This document shows positions 17,264 to 26,268 of a stretch of DNA of 50,674 bases, piece by piece. The notes beneath the pieces were generated by a model. That model saw only the letters and a list, made by a program, of their open reading frames with translations, was not told the origin of the DNA and ran no database searches. Both the position numbers and the translations under genes were made by a program. Within the stretch, counting starts at the first letter, position 1; each line of letters opens with the position of its first letter. The stretch lies in the IMG/VR virus record IMGVR_UViG_3300032305_001858, positions 1-50,674 of that record. One strand, written 5' to 3'. The stretch is from a virus (taxonomy: Duplodnaviria > Caudoviricetes).

Positions 17264-18081
17264 GTAATAGTCTGGAAGTGATTGCCGATATGACGAATGA
17301 CGACTATCACGGGCGAAAGTCGCACGTGTCGCGGTCGCAGGCGAGTCGGTATCGAGGCGTTCGCGGCGGGAGGGCGCAGCGTTACGAGGAAGTGAAGGGT
17401 GGCAAGCTTTTCGAGGGCAACGCGGGCACGACGTTCGGGACGCTCGTGGACGTGGCCTTCGAGGCTGAAGCTCGTGGCCTCGACTGGAGGAGCCGGTGTG
17501 CTGTCGCGCCGCCGGGCGTGCTGACGAGCAACGGGCAGCGGCGTGGCAATGCCTTTCTTGAATGGAAGGCAAGTCTCCCGTCTGACGCGATCGAGTGCAG
17601 TGCCAGCGACTTCGTGAAGATCGCCGACATCATCGAGTCGCTTCGTGAACACAAGATCGCACGCCAGTTGCTGGAGTCGATCAAGCACACGCAGTACAGC
17701 GTGTTCTGGAAGGACGAGGACGGGCACGACCGAAAGGCACGGCCTGACGGGCTGAATGATGACGAGTGGTTTGACTTGAAGACGACGAGCAGCGAGTTCA
17801 GCAAGCTCAAGTATTCGTTCCGCGAGTTTGCTTATGACTGGCAAGCGGCTTGGTACTTGGATTCAGCGATCGCCGCAGGGTGGAAGCCGTTCCGGTTCCG
17901 CTTCATCGTCGTGCAGACGTTCGCACCGTATGACGTGGCTGTGTTCAGCCTTGAAGACGAGGCGATCGAGAACGCTCGACACGAGATCAAGAAGACTCTG
18001 GCAGACATGAAGCACCGTCGCGAGACGGGCGTTTACGTGCCTGACCAGTATCACGCGGAGCAAGTGTTGCAGTTGGGTTGA
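17260..18081 (+). CDS. RecE/exonuclease VIII-like PD-(D/E)XK nuclease (DUF3799-like)
   Basis: M.N.DYH, FGT, KARPD, DLKT, Y..QAAWY, F.FIVV. Confidence 0.88.
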   Translation: MSNSLEVIADMTNDDYHGRKSHVSRSQASRYRGVRGGRAQRYEEVKGGKLFEGNAGTTFGTLVDVAFEAEARGLDWRSRCAVAPPGVLTSNGQRRGNAFLEWKASLPSDAIECSASDFVKIADIIESLREHKIARQLLESIKHTQYSVFWKDEDGHDRKARPDGLNDDEWFDLKTTSSEFSKLKYSFREFAYDWQAAWYLDSAIAAGWKPFRFRFIVVQTFAPYDVAVFSLEDEAIENARHEIKKTLADMKHRRETGVYVPDQYHAEQVLQLG

Positions 18082-18137
18082 TATCGAGTCGGACTGTCTG
18101 ACTCGATTTGTTCGGTAGGCTGTTAGGAGGATGAATC

Positions 18138-18881
18138 ATGGCGAATGCCATTGCGACGGTTGGTAGTTTCGGTCTGTCTGTCAGCGGGAGCGAATTCCGC
18201 CGTTCCGAGCAGACTTTTGTCAAAATTCCGGGGGGAGGCGTGACGAAGTGGTCATGGTCGACCATCCTCGGAGATCAGGTCGAGAGCGAGATCACGGGTG
18301 TGATCGTCGCTCTAAGCGAGGTGCAGCACGATCTGTGGCCGCATCAAGGGACGGCGGCGGAGAAGTCTTCGCCCTACATGCGGAGTCTCGACGGCAAGAC
18401 TGCGACGATCATCGGCGACGATGCCGGTGATCTCGACGTCAAGGAGATCGAGGCGGCACGGATCGCGGGCACGGATACCTACGATTGCTCGAAGATCAGC
18501 TACTTCCTTTGGGAGAAGCAGGGCGACCGCAACATCCCGCCGCGTGCGAACGCGACGAGTGTGATCGGCATCCTTCGTCCGGGCGAGTCGGCTCCCCTGT
18601 TCATTCGGCTCTCGAAGACTTCGAGTCCGAAGGTGCAGGATTTCGCTCGCAAGCTGCGTGGTCAGGGCGTGCAGCCGTACCAGTGCATCGTGTCGCTGGG
18701 TCTGGAGAAGGTCACGGGCGGCAAGGCGAACTATAGCCGTGTCGTGCCGAAGTTCGTGTCTCCGGCCCCTGCCGAGATGGTCGAGGCGTTCCGGAGCTAC
18801 TTCGTCGAAGTCTCGCCGAAGTTGCGTGGCTCGCTTGAGAAGTACGTGGGCAAGGCCTCGACCGACGCGGTGCCCTTCTAG
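18138..18881 (+). CDS. Putative single-stranded DNA-binding protein
   Basis: Between exonuclease and primase; KIPGGG...W; C-terminal DAVPF resembles SSB tail. Confidence 0.65.
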   Translation: MANAIATVGSFGLSVSGSEFRRSEQTFVKIPGGGVTKWSWSTILGDQVESEITGVIVALSEVQHDLWPHQGTAAEKSSPYMRSLDGKTATIIGDDAGDLDVKEIEAARIAGTDTYDCSKISYFLWEKQGDRNIPPRANATSVIGILRPGESAPLFIRLSKTSSPKVQDFARKLRGQGVQPYQCIVSLGLEKVTGGKANYSRVVPKFVSPAPAEMVEAFRSYFVEVSPKLRGSLEKYVGKASTDAVPF

Positions 18882-18900
18882 TACGGACTTGTTTTCTTTC

Positions 18901-18942
18901 GCCCGGCCGGGGCGGGGCTGTCCCCTCCGGCCGGGCATTTCT
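18901..18942 (+). terminator. GC-rich hairpin, possible terminator
   Basis: GCCCGGCCGG...CCGGCCGGGC 10-bp stem followed by ATTTCT. Confidence 0.55.
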
Positions 18943-18973
18943 CACCATTTTTCATTAATCCAAGGAGGGTTTC

Positions 18974-20572
18974 GTGGAGTACCGCGCACAGGAAGTGTTT
19001 CAGGCGGCAGCGGCTGTTGCACGCAAGGGCTGGAAGGTCGTCAGGCTGTTTGGAGTTCGCGACAACGCGACTTGCACATGCCACAAGGGGAAAGACTGCG
19101 GCACGCCGGGAAAGCATCCGGCTGGTGGTGCAGACTGGCCTGCTCGTGCGACGGACGATGAGGACGAGATCAGCGACTGGTTTCACTACGGCGATGACAA
19201 CGAGAACATGCGTGTCAACGTCGGTGTGAGACTTGGCAAGGCCAGCGGCATTGTGGACGTCGAGATCGACGGACCGGAAGCTGAGGAGACTCTCAAGAAA
19301 TACGGACTCGACACGATCGAGACTCCGACCTACCGGGCATCACGAGGCTGTCACCGGATTTTCAGGTACGAGGACGAACTTCCTGACGTTGGCGTCGTGA
19401 AGGTCGATCAGCTAGAGGTGAGACTTGGCGGCGGAGGCAAGGCAGCACAGAGCGTCATGCCATCGTCGTGGCACCGCACAGGTATTCAGTACCTGTGGCT
19501 TCCCGGCCTGTCTCCGGAGGAAGTCGAACCGGCACCGCTGCCTCCAGAGTTCAAGGCGGCTGTGAAGGCGAACTCGAAGAAGGGCGGCTCCGGGTCGATC
19601 GTGCAGGCTATCGACGTCGTTCGCGACGATCGTCGGGTCACTGCGGGTGGACGTCACGGGTTTCTCGTTGGCTACGCATCTCGTCTTGCTCGCACGATTA
19701 AGGACTTCACCGACGCCGACAGACGGGAACTGACCAACATCCTGTCGGCCTGCAATCAGCGTTTCTGCTCGCCTGCGAAGACAGAGGACGAGGTCGAGCG
19801 GATTGCCGGTGACCAGTTCAATCACTACCGGGACCGTGCTGCCGAAAGGCGTGCGGGGAGACTCTTCGAGAGGTACGGTCTGAGGTGGGACGCCGAGACT
19901 CGCGAGTACGAGGCCGGAGAATGGAAGGTCACTGTCGTTCACTCCGACCCGATCGAGTATCGGCTGCGGTTCCCCTTCGAGGGGCGGACGATCAGTGCCA
20001 GTCTCGACGCTCGTCAGTTCCCAGAGTCAAAGGACGTCGCTGCGGCTGTTCTGGCGGCTTCTGGGAAGATCAACCTGAGAGACCCCCACAACTCACGCTG
20101 GCATGAAATCTGGGTTGGGTACACCATCCAGAACGACGACGGCGATAGGGACGTGAGAGGGCTAATGAGCAAGCTCCTCGAAGAGGCTGACGAAGAGTGG
20201 CCTTCAGTGGATGCCTGCTCGTGGAGTCAGCACGCCGCCTTCCTGATCGCCTATCTGAGGCCTTTCTCGCGGTCTGACGACGACGAGGAAGTCCTCCCCT
20301 GCCCCGATGGCACCCCCAAGTGGATCAAGGGCGAGGATGGCACGTGGAGCCTTTATTTCAAATGGAACGAGTTGTGTGCTGCCGCGTGGCGATCCGCGAA
20401 GGCTGGAATCCCCACGCTAAAAGAGAAAACGAAGCTCAAACGGCATATCCTCCACGAGGCTGGCCTCGAAGACTTTATTGACAAGAAGTTCACCGTGAAT
20501 GGGAAGGCGAATCGGTGGATCGTATGGACCGACGCCCACATGGCCGCGCTCGATCGGCTGACAGGCGCGTAG
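18974..20572 (+). CDS. Bifunctional primase-polymerase (Prim-Pol) with PriCT-like domain
   Basis: CTC....C.TPGKHP, NVGVRLG..SGIVDVEID, TP......G.H..F, PSS.H.TG..Y.W, GGRH..L; no Walker A seen in the C-terminal half. Confidence 0.88.
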   Translation: MEYRAQEVFQAAAAVARKGWKVVRLFGVRDNATCTCHKGKDCGTPGKHPAGGADWPARATDDEDEISDWFHYGDDNENMRVNVGVRLGKASGIVDVEIDGPEAEETLKKYGLDTIETPTYRASRGCHRIFRYEDELPDVGVVKVDQLEVRLGGGGKAAQSVMPSSWHRTGIQYLWLPGLSPEEVEPAPLPPEFKAAVKANSKKGGSGSIVQAIDVVRDDRRVTAGGRHGFLVGYASRLARTIKDFTDADRRELTNILSACNQRFCSPAKTEDEVERIAGDQFNHYRDRAAERRAGRLFERYGLRWDAETREYEAGEWKVTVVHSDPIEYRLRFPFEGRTISASLDARQFPESKDVAAAVLAASGKINLRDPHNSRWHEIWVGYTIQNDDGDRDVRGLMSKLLEEADEEWPSVDACSWSQHAAFLIAYLRPFSRSDDDEEVLPCPDGTPKWIKGEDGTWSLYFKWNELCAAAWRSAKAGIPTLKEKTKLKRHILHEAGLEDFIDKKFTVNGKANRWIVWTDAHMAALDRLTGA

Positions 20573-20734
20573 GAATGTGCGATCTCTCTATAGGGCAGTT
20601 TTTTTTTACAACTCCTGTCAGACCAGATTCCTACATTCCTAAAAAAGGCTGAAACCGAAAGTCTTGCAAACAAAGAATTTAAGTTGCCCTATAGAGGGAA
20701 TCTACTAAAAGCGTGATCAGGTTCCTCAGATTCC
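20571..20734. other. Putative replication origin: AT-rich element with terminal inverted repeats and ATTCC repeats (copy 1)
   Basis: IR 20583-20601 / 20681-20699 (16/19); T9 and A6 tracts; lies between primase and helicase genes. Confidence 0.6.
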
Positions 20735-20755
20735 AAAAACAAGGAGATAGGCAAT

Positions 20756-22423
20756 ATGCGGAGGGTAGAGAGGCATCTGGGCGGTCCCGGCACAGGGAAG
20801 ACCCGTCTTATTCTCGATCGTTTGAGTGAGACTAAAGTCGAGTTCGGTCTGAGCGTCCACGAGATCGGGCTTTGCACGTTCACGCGAGCGGGGCGTCAGG
20901 AGCTTTCGGAGAGAGCGGCGGCGGAGTGGGGATGCGATCCTGAGACTTTGACCAAGCACGGCTGGTTCAGAACCGCTCACTCAGTCGCTCACCGTCAGTG
21001 CGGCATCGAGGAGGGTCAGTTGCTCGAAGGCAGCGAGGGTGCTGAGTGGATCGGAAACGCTGTCGGAGGCAAGGTCGCCACCCGATTCGATCCTCGCAGC
21101 CGGGAGGTCAGCTTCGTCTCCGGTGACGGCGACGACGGCCTGACTTTAGGTTTGAAAGCGTGGGACTTGGCGAGAGCCAACATGACCAGCCTGAAGAGCG
21201 TCCTGCGGCGGTGGGCGGTCGCTGGCGAGCGTGTGCCTGACGAGTCAGGTGTCCGCCGCTATGTCGAGCGATACGAGCAGGCAAAGCGGCGAGAAGGCCG
21301 TGCGGACTACACGGACATCATCGCGAGGTTTGCCGGTATCAGGTTCGCGATCGAAGGGCCGCAGGAGGTCGATCCGGAGGGGGAAGTTCCTGCCAGCATC
21401 CGGGCCTTGGCGATCGACGAGGCTCAAGACTCGTCTGTTCTGGTCGATCGAGTCTGTCGGCGGATGGCCGAAAGCCCTTTCGTCGAGCGGGTCTTCCTGA
21501 GCGGGGACGCCTACCAGAGCATCTACAGCTTCAACGGCAGCGACTACAGGCTCTTCCTGAACTGGGATGCCGAGGAGTTTGTCATGCCCCGATCCTACCG
21601 ATGCCCGCCTGTCGTGATGGAGCTAGGAGAACGCTGCATTCGCAGAATGCGTCACGGCTACCGTGATCGCCACATTCAGCCCGCCTCACATTCCGGCCAC
21701 GTCCGACGGGCTGGCTCACCTGAGCAGGCGATCGCTGCTATCAAGTCTGACGAGTCTGTCCTGATCCTTGGAAGGTGCGGCTTTGCTCTTCACGAGTACG
21801 AGGACATCCTCCGCAGCCGGGGCATCCCGTACACGTGGATCGACCGCGTCGGAAGTGCTGTAGAAATGTCTGGATACTCTTGCTTATGGAACTTGCAGCA
21901 TGGCAAGGTCGTGCATCACGACGACTGGGCTAACGCGATCTCGATGATCCAAGCGGCAGACAAGGACGTCGGACCGCTTCTGGTTCGCGGCGAGAAGCAG
22001 GCATGGAAGAAAGGTCTTCGATCTCAGGTCGACATCATCCGCCCGGTAGACGAGGACTTCGCACTCGCCGGGGCCACTGAGACGTTCGCCCAGATCGTTC
22101 GCGAGGGACGCTGGCCTGCATTCCTCGACAAGTCTCACGCGAAGAAGGCCGAGAGGTGGGTCGAGGCTGCTAAGAAGTTTGGCCCGGAGACGGCGTGCAA
22201 CCCGAAAGTCAGACTCTCGACGATTCACGGCGCGAAGGGGTGCGAAGGCGACACCGTGATCCTCTCGACGGTCTCCAGCCCTGCCGTGGAGAGAGGCAGG
22301 CAGGCGATCGATGAGCTTCACGACGAAGAGTGTCGCGTGAACTACGTAGCCGTGACACGTGCCCGGCGAGACTTGTGGATCGTCAACGACGGCGACAAGT
22401 ACGCGATGGAGATACCAGCATGA
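20756..22423 (+). CDS. UvrD/Rep-like (SF1) helicase
   Basis: GGPGTGKT, TFTR, FRTAHS, IDEAQD, GDAYQSIY.F.G, SYRCP, STIHGAKG.E, YVAVTRAR. Confidence 0.93.
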   Translation: MRRVERHLGGPGTGKTRLILDRLSETKVEFGLSVHEIGLCTFTRAGRQELSERAAAEWGCDPETLTKHGWFRTAHSVAHRQCGIEEGQLLEGSEGAEWIGNAVGGKVATRFDPRSREVSFVSGDGDDGLTLGLKAWDLARANMTSLKSVLRRWAVAGERVPDESGVRRYVERYEQAKRREGRADYTDIIARFAGIRFAIEGPQEVDPEGEVPASIRALAIDEAQDSSVLVDRVCRRMAESPFVERVFLSGDAYQSIYSFNGSDYRLFLNWDAEEFVMPRSYRCPPVVMELGERCIRRMRHGYRDRHIQPASHSGHVRRAGSPEQAIAAIKSDESVLILGRCGFALHEYEDILRSRGIPYTWIDRVGSAVEMSGYSCLWNLQHGKVVHHDDWANAISMIQAADKDVGPLLVRGEKQAWKKGLRSQVDIIRPVDEDFALAGATETFAQIVREGRWPAFLDKSHAKKAERWVEAAKKFGPETACNPKVRLSTIHGAKGCEGDTVILSTVSSPAVERGRQAIDELHDEECRVNYVAVTRARRDLWIVNDGDKYAMEIPA

Positions 22424-22890
22424 ATTTTCTTTTCGACACGTCTCCAATCGAGGACGAGGACGGCAAGAAGAAGAAAAAGCAGACTCGAAAGAAGGCTGTT
22501 CCAGAGCCGGTGATTCACCGAGAGCCTGCGGTCGAGGAGCAGCCCGCCGGATACCTCGCCAGCATCGACGGCCACTACGCCTGCGACCGCTGCGGACTGA
22601 CGACTCTCGATCTGATTGACATCAGGAAGACTGACAGTGGCACAAAGTGGCTAGTCATGTGCGGCTGGTGGTGTTTGCACTCGTGGCTCGTCGATCCGAT
22701 CCCCGGCCTTCTCGACAAGGAAGACCGCAAGCAGTCGGACGTGTTCCGCATGCGTGGCGGACGCTTCGACGGCAAGAGTTTCGACGAGATCGCTGCGGCT
22801 GGCGGTCGCTGGTACATCGAGTCACTTGTGACGGTCTCGAAGCGGACTGCCGTCTCGGACGCCGCGAAAAAATGGCTTGACACGAATTGA
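22420..22890 (+). CDS. Zn-ribbon protein with DUF3820-like C-terminal motif
   Basis: CDRC...CGWWC; F.M.GGRFDGKSFDEI......YI..L. Confidence 0.65.
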   Translation: MNFLFDTSPIEDEDGKKKKKQTRKKAVPEPVIHREPAVEEQPAGYLASIDGHYACDRCGLTTLDLIDIRKTDSGTKWLVMCGWWCLHSWLVDPIPGLLDKEDRKQSDVFRMRGGRFDGKSFDEIAAAGGRWYIESLVTVSKRTAVSDAAKKWLDTN

Positions 22891-22935
22891 TTTGTACGGA
22901 CACTATCGCCTCACCCTCGCAAAAAGGATTTTGCA

Positions 22936-23403
22936 ATGCCCAAGCCAATGGATGGTGTCGTCGAAGCGTTGAATGCTGGACTCCGGAATCACTGGACCCA
23001 GATTCTCCTCTACGAGTCTCAGGCCGCGCACTTCACGCGGTGGGGTTACAAGAAGCTTGGCGAGGCGTTTCTGGCTTACGCCGAAGAGGAACGTGAACAC
23101 GCCCGAAAGGTCGTCCAGCGTCTTGAGTTCTTCGACGCCCAGCCGACATATGACTTCGAGCAGCCTCTGTGGCCGCGTCACGACTTCGAGTCGATCCTCG
23201 AAGTGAACTACACGCTCGACCAGACGGCAGCAAACACCGAAAGGTCTGGATACACGCTCTGCGTCGGTCTCGGTGACGCCGAGACGGCGGCGATCTTCGC
23301 CGATCTCTTGAAGGGCAGCGAAGACGGCATGGCGGAGATCGAGGCCACGCGTCTCGTGATCGACCAGATCGGTCTGGACAACTATCTGGCGGATCGGACG
23401 TGA
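22936..23403 (+). CDS. bfr: Bacterioferritin-like protein (degenerate ferroxidase centre)
   Basis: Gapless by-eye alignment to E. coli Bfr: LN..L, WG.K.L, E..HA, I..IGL.NYL. Confidence 0.85.
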   Translation: MPKPMDGVVEALNAGLRNHWTQILLYESQAAHFTRWGYKKLGEAFLAYAEEEREHARKVVQRLEFFDAQPTYDFEQPLWPRHDFESILEVNYTLDQTAANTERSGYTLCVGLGDAETAAIFADLLKGSEDGMAEIEATRLVIDQIGLDNYLADRT

Positions 23404-23576
23404 AGCGGCTGTGCAACCGCTGCAACGCGGAGAAGAAGTCCAATGCCCCGTGCGAGAAGTGCGGATGCCAAGAGTTCAGAATTATCGGACCACCATGTCC
23501 GTGCGGCGACTCAGGTCGCCCGAAGTGTGCTGCCAATCACGGCACCGTTGGTCGTTGTGCCGAGAGTGGCGACTAA
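23400..23576 (+). CDS. Small Cys-rich protein (58 aa)
   Basis: GTGA overlap with bfr; CNRC..CEKC..CPC..C. Confidence 0.55.
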   Translation: MKRLCNRCNAEKKSNAPCEKCGCQEFRIIGPPCPCGDSGRPKCAANHGTVGRCAESGD

Positions 23577-23662
23577 CTTCGGCAGTCGAGGCCGGTGCAA
23601 CTGATCTCCATTTCTTCCGCTGGTGACTCGACCGTCTGCCTCACGTCACGAGGCCAATACAC

Positions 23663-23908
23663 ATGATGGACGACTTAGCAGAAATCAACCCTGACGCCCT
23701 ACTCGCCGACGGCCTCGAAAAGGCATTCGTCGGCTACACCGTCAATCACCATCACGCTCACGTCGCCGTCTATGACATCCAGAAGTGCGTCGACATTCTC
23801 GTCGAGCGTGACGGGATGACGCACGAGGGTGCTGAAGAGTGCCTTGAGTTTAACACCCTTGGTTGCTACGTGGGGCCGAATGGGCCGATTTACGTGAGGA
23901 TGACATGA
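23663..23908 (+). CDS. Conserved small phage protein
   Basis: LADG...A.VG...AVYD..K....L..RDGM....A.E..EFN..G.YVG..GP. Confidence 0.85.
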   Translation: MMDDLAEINPDALLADGLEKAFVGYTVNHHHAHVAVYDIQKCVDILVERDGMTHEGAEECLEFNTLGCYVGPNGPIYVRMT

Positions 23909-24870
23909 TCGCCAGAGTACCGTGCGTCACTGAGCGCGATTTTGAAAACGGACCGCTTCGCCGCGCTATTACGCAAGAATTGGCGGATGATGTTTTGGCA
24001 CTCTCGGAGCGTCATCCAAGGAATTACTTTGTTGTAAACTGCGAAGAAGTCGATGGGTTTCAGTTTCAAGCTATGGCTGACGGTGAGGGTGTATGGTGCC
24101 GTCATCATGCTGAATACAGGTTCGTGAAAACGGTGCGATTATTCGCTCCTCCGAGCCACCATCTTTCTCCGCTTCGCAATAAGGAAGGCTGCGAGTGGTC
24201 CCTGTTCGATCTATCTGAACTCAATATTCTCCTCGGCAAGCACGCAACCACCAGAGCCGAGAATGCACTATGGAAAGCGATTGGAATTACATCTTCGCTG
24301 GGGGCGTTTGAGAGGAACACGTCAAAGCTCGCAACTAAGGCGGAGCAGTTAACGCAGAGTTTAATAGATCAGCAGCAGGCACTTGCCGAAGCAAAGAGCG
24401 ACTTCTATCGGACTGCATCCCAGATCAGCAGACCATCTCCAGAGGAATCGTCACTGTCTCCGGGCGAGTTCTATCCGTCACTTAACCCCCCGCCGCTTGC
24501 CGCTTACGAACACCTCGCCGTTGCTCAAGATAAGTACAGGGGTCTAAGCGGCATCTACTTCGCATCACGTCGCGGAGTCTTGGTCTATATAGGAAAAAGC
24601 GTCGACATTGGGATACGGTGGAGATCGCACCACAAGATAAAGCACGGCGACAAGGTGGCTGTTGTTCCCGTTGATAAAGAAATGCTCACTCTTGCTGAGC
24701 AGAACCTGATTCACAGGTTCATGCCAATGTTGAATAAAGAATGGGATTTTGAGTACACGCACGGAAGCTTGGTTGGATTCTGCCCGCTGCTTCGCTCAGA
24801 GAACGGGCACCCAACTCTTCAGAGATGGTCTTTGAAGAACAAGGCAGGCAAGGAAGCCTCATGTCCGTAA
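23905..24870 (+). CDS. GIY-YIG endonuclease-domain protein
   Basis: SGIYF......VYIGKSVDI..RW..H...E..LI....P.LN; lower GC than neighbours. Confidence 0.8.
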   Translation: MIARVPCVTERDFENGPLRRAITQELADDVLALSERHPRNYFVVNCEEVDGFQFQAMADGEGVWCRHHAEYRFVKTVRLFAPPSHHLSPLRNKEGCEWSLFDLSELNILLGKHATTRAENALWKAIGITSSLGAFERNTSKLATKAEQLTQSLIDQQQALAEAKSDFYRTASQISRPSPEESSLSPGEFYPSLNPPPLAAYEHLAVAQDKYRGLSGIYFASRRGVLVYIGKSVDIGIRWRSHHKIKHGDKVAVVPVDKEMLTLAEQNLIHRFMPMLNKEWDFEYTHGSLVGFCPLLRSENGHPTLQRWSLKNKAGKEASCP

Positions 24871-25616
24871 AAACCCTCGCCAAGAAACACATCGCCTACA
24901 CCGATCTGCTCGAACCGGGCGAGAACCCGTTCTCGACGAACAAGGTCACCGGCCACTCGCTGAACGTCCCGATCATCGGCACATGCACGCCGACGACCGT
25001 CTGTGGCGAGACTTGCTACTTTGCGAAGGGTCCGTCTACGTGGACGGCATCGCTCAAAAAGCAGCACAGGCTGCTCAACTCGATCAAGGCAGCACCTGAA
25101 GATACCGCCGGGCGGATTGCGAACTGGGCCGCTCGACTGAAGCTCGACTACATCAGGTGGAACGGCGGCGGAGACTTGGTCGAAGCCAGCGTGACGTGCA
25201 TCGACTGGGCCTCAGCCCTGATGCCGACGATCCCGCAGTGGGTCGTGAGCAGGAAGCCGAAGCTCGCCGCCCGGATCAGGCCACGCGAAAACGTCTACGT
25301 GCATCTCTCTGTTGACAAGTCTTCATGGGATCGGCTCGAAGAGATGCGGAAGCTGGCTCCGGCTGGGCTGCAATGGTTCTGGTCTTACCAGTGCGACAAG
25401 GACGAGACTCCGCCAGACCCGTTCGTAGCTCCGGTGATCTTCCGCGACGGCTACGATCCCAAGGGCGATGAATTGTCTGGAAACGATTGCCCCTTAAACG
25501 CAAACGAGGACATCACTGGTGTATGCGGAAGTTGTCGTCGTTGTTTCAACGGCTGGGCTATCGAAGGAGCGAATGAATGTCTCCGAGAGCAGCGGGCGAG
25601 GCAGGCAGGCTCTTAG
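24861..25616 (+). CDS. GP88-like (radical-SAM-related Fe-S) protein
   Basis: TCTPTTVCGETCYFAKG, IRWNGGGDL, C-terminal CP......CGSCRRC. Confidence 0.7.
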   Translation: MSVKTLAKKHIAYTDLLEPGENPFSTNKVTGHSLNVPIIGTCTPTTVCGETCYFAKGPSTWTASLKKQHRLLNSIKAAPEDTAGRIANWAARLKLDYIRWNGGGDLVEASVTCIDWASALMPTIPQWVVSRKPKLAARIRPRENVYVHLSVDKSSWDRLEEMRKLAPAGLQWFWSYQCDKDETPPDPFVAPVIFRDGYDPKGDELSGNDCPLNANEDITGVCGSCRRCFNGWAIEGANECLREQRARQAGS

Positions 25617-25984
25617 CGTCTGCCGAGATGCTCATTCACGGCATCTCACCTTCGAGGCCAGAGGACGACCACGGATATGACATCGTTTCGGTTTATGGAT
25701 CAAAGCTGTGCAGAGTTCAAGTCAAGACTGTCTACATGCAGAAGCCGAGGCCAGTCGCTCTGTCGGAGACCTTCTCTGTTCGTCGTCGAGCGGGTTGCAG
25801 ACGGCAGAGGCCAGACGATCAGAATGCTCAGTACGAAGACGGAGAGTTGGATGCGTTTGTTTTTGTCAGTCTCGTCACGAGGTCTTTCTGGGTGGTGCCA
25901 ATTGATGAGATCGAGCTATCGAGGCACAAGATGGTTTTTCGCACAGACTCGAAGTGGCGAAACGCTTGGCACGTCCTGAAATGA
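25577..25984 (+). CDS. PD-(D/E)XK endonuclease (homing-type)
   Basis: YDIV.......RVQVKT...Y....LD.FVFV......WVVP..E. Confidence 0.75.
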   Translation: MSPRAAGEAGRLLASAEMLIHGISPSRPEDDHGYDIVSVYGSKLCRVQVKTVYMQKPRPVALSETFSVRRRAGCRRQRPDDQNAQYEDGELDAFVFVSLVTRSFWVVPIDEIELSRHKMVFRTDSKWRNAWHVLK

Positions 25985-26268
25985 CACTCGAAAGCACCAT
26001 CACGAAGTCGATCGTGACTCTCGCGAAAGCCAAGGGGTGGTGGACGTTCAAGATCGCTGGCGGGCCGATGCAGATGGCTGGGGTTCCTGACCTACTCACG
26101 GTCAAGCATGGGCGAGCGGTGTTCATGGAAGTAAAGCGACCGGGGCAGAAGCCTCGTCCGCTTCAGGTGCAGAGGATGAAAGAGATTCGCGAGATCGGCG
26201 GAGCCGTCGCGGAAGTGGTTACTAGTAAGGCTGAGGCGGAAAGGATTCTCGATGCGAACGATGTATGA
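25981..26268 (+). CDS. VRR-NUC domain nuclease (resolvase-like)
   Basis: LES.I, AGVPDL, FMEVKRPG.KP.PLQ. Confidence 0.9.
   Translation: MTLESTITKSIVTLAKAKGWWTFKIAGGPMQMAGVPDLLTVKHGRAVFMEVKRPGQKPRPLQVQRMKEIREIGGAVAEVVTSKAEAERILDANDV

Noticed and set aside
20583-20699. IS or MITE interpretation of the inverted-repeat element
   Set aside because: No transposase, no evident target-site duplication, divergent interiors; position between primase and helicase favours an origin, though not fully excluded
23560-23656. Possible tRNA (GGTGCAACT, ends in CCA)
   Set aside because: Folds as a long hairpin with no D-arm or anticodon arm; kept only as a structured-RNA candidate
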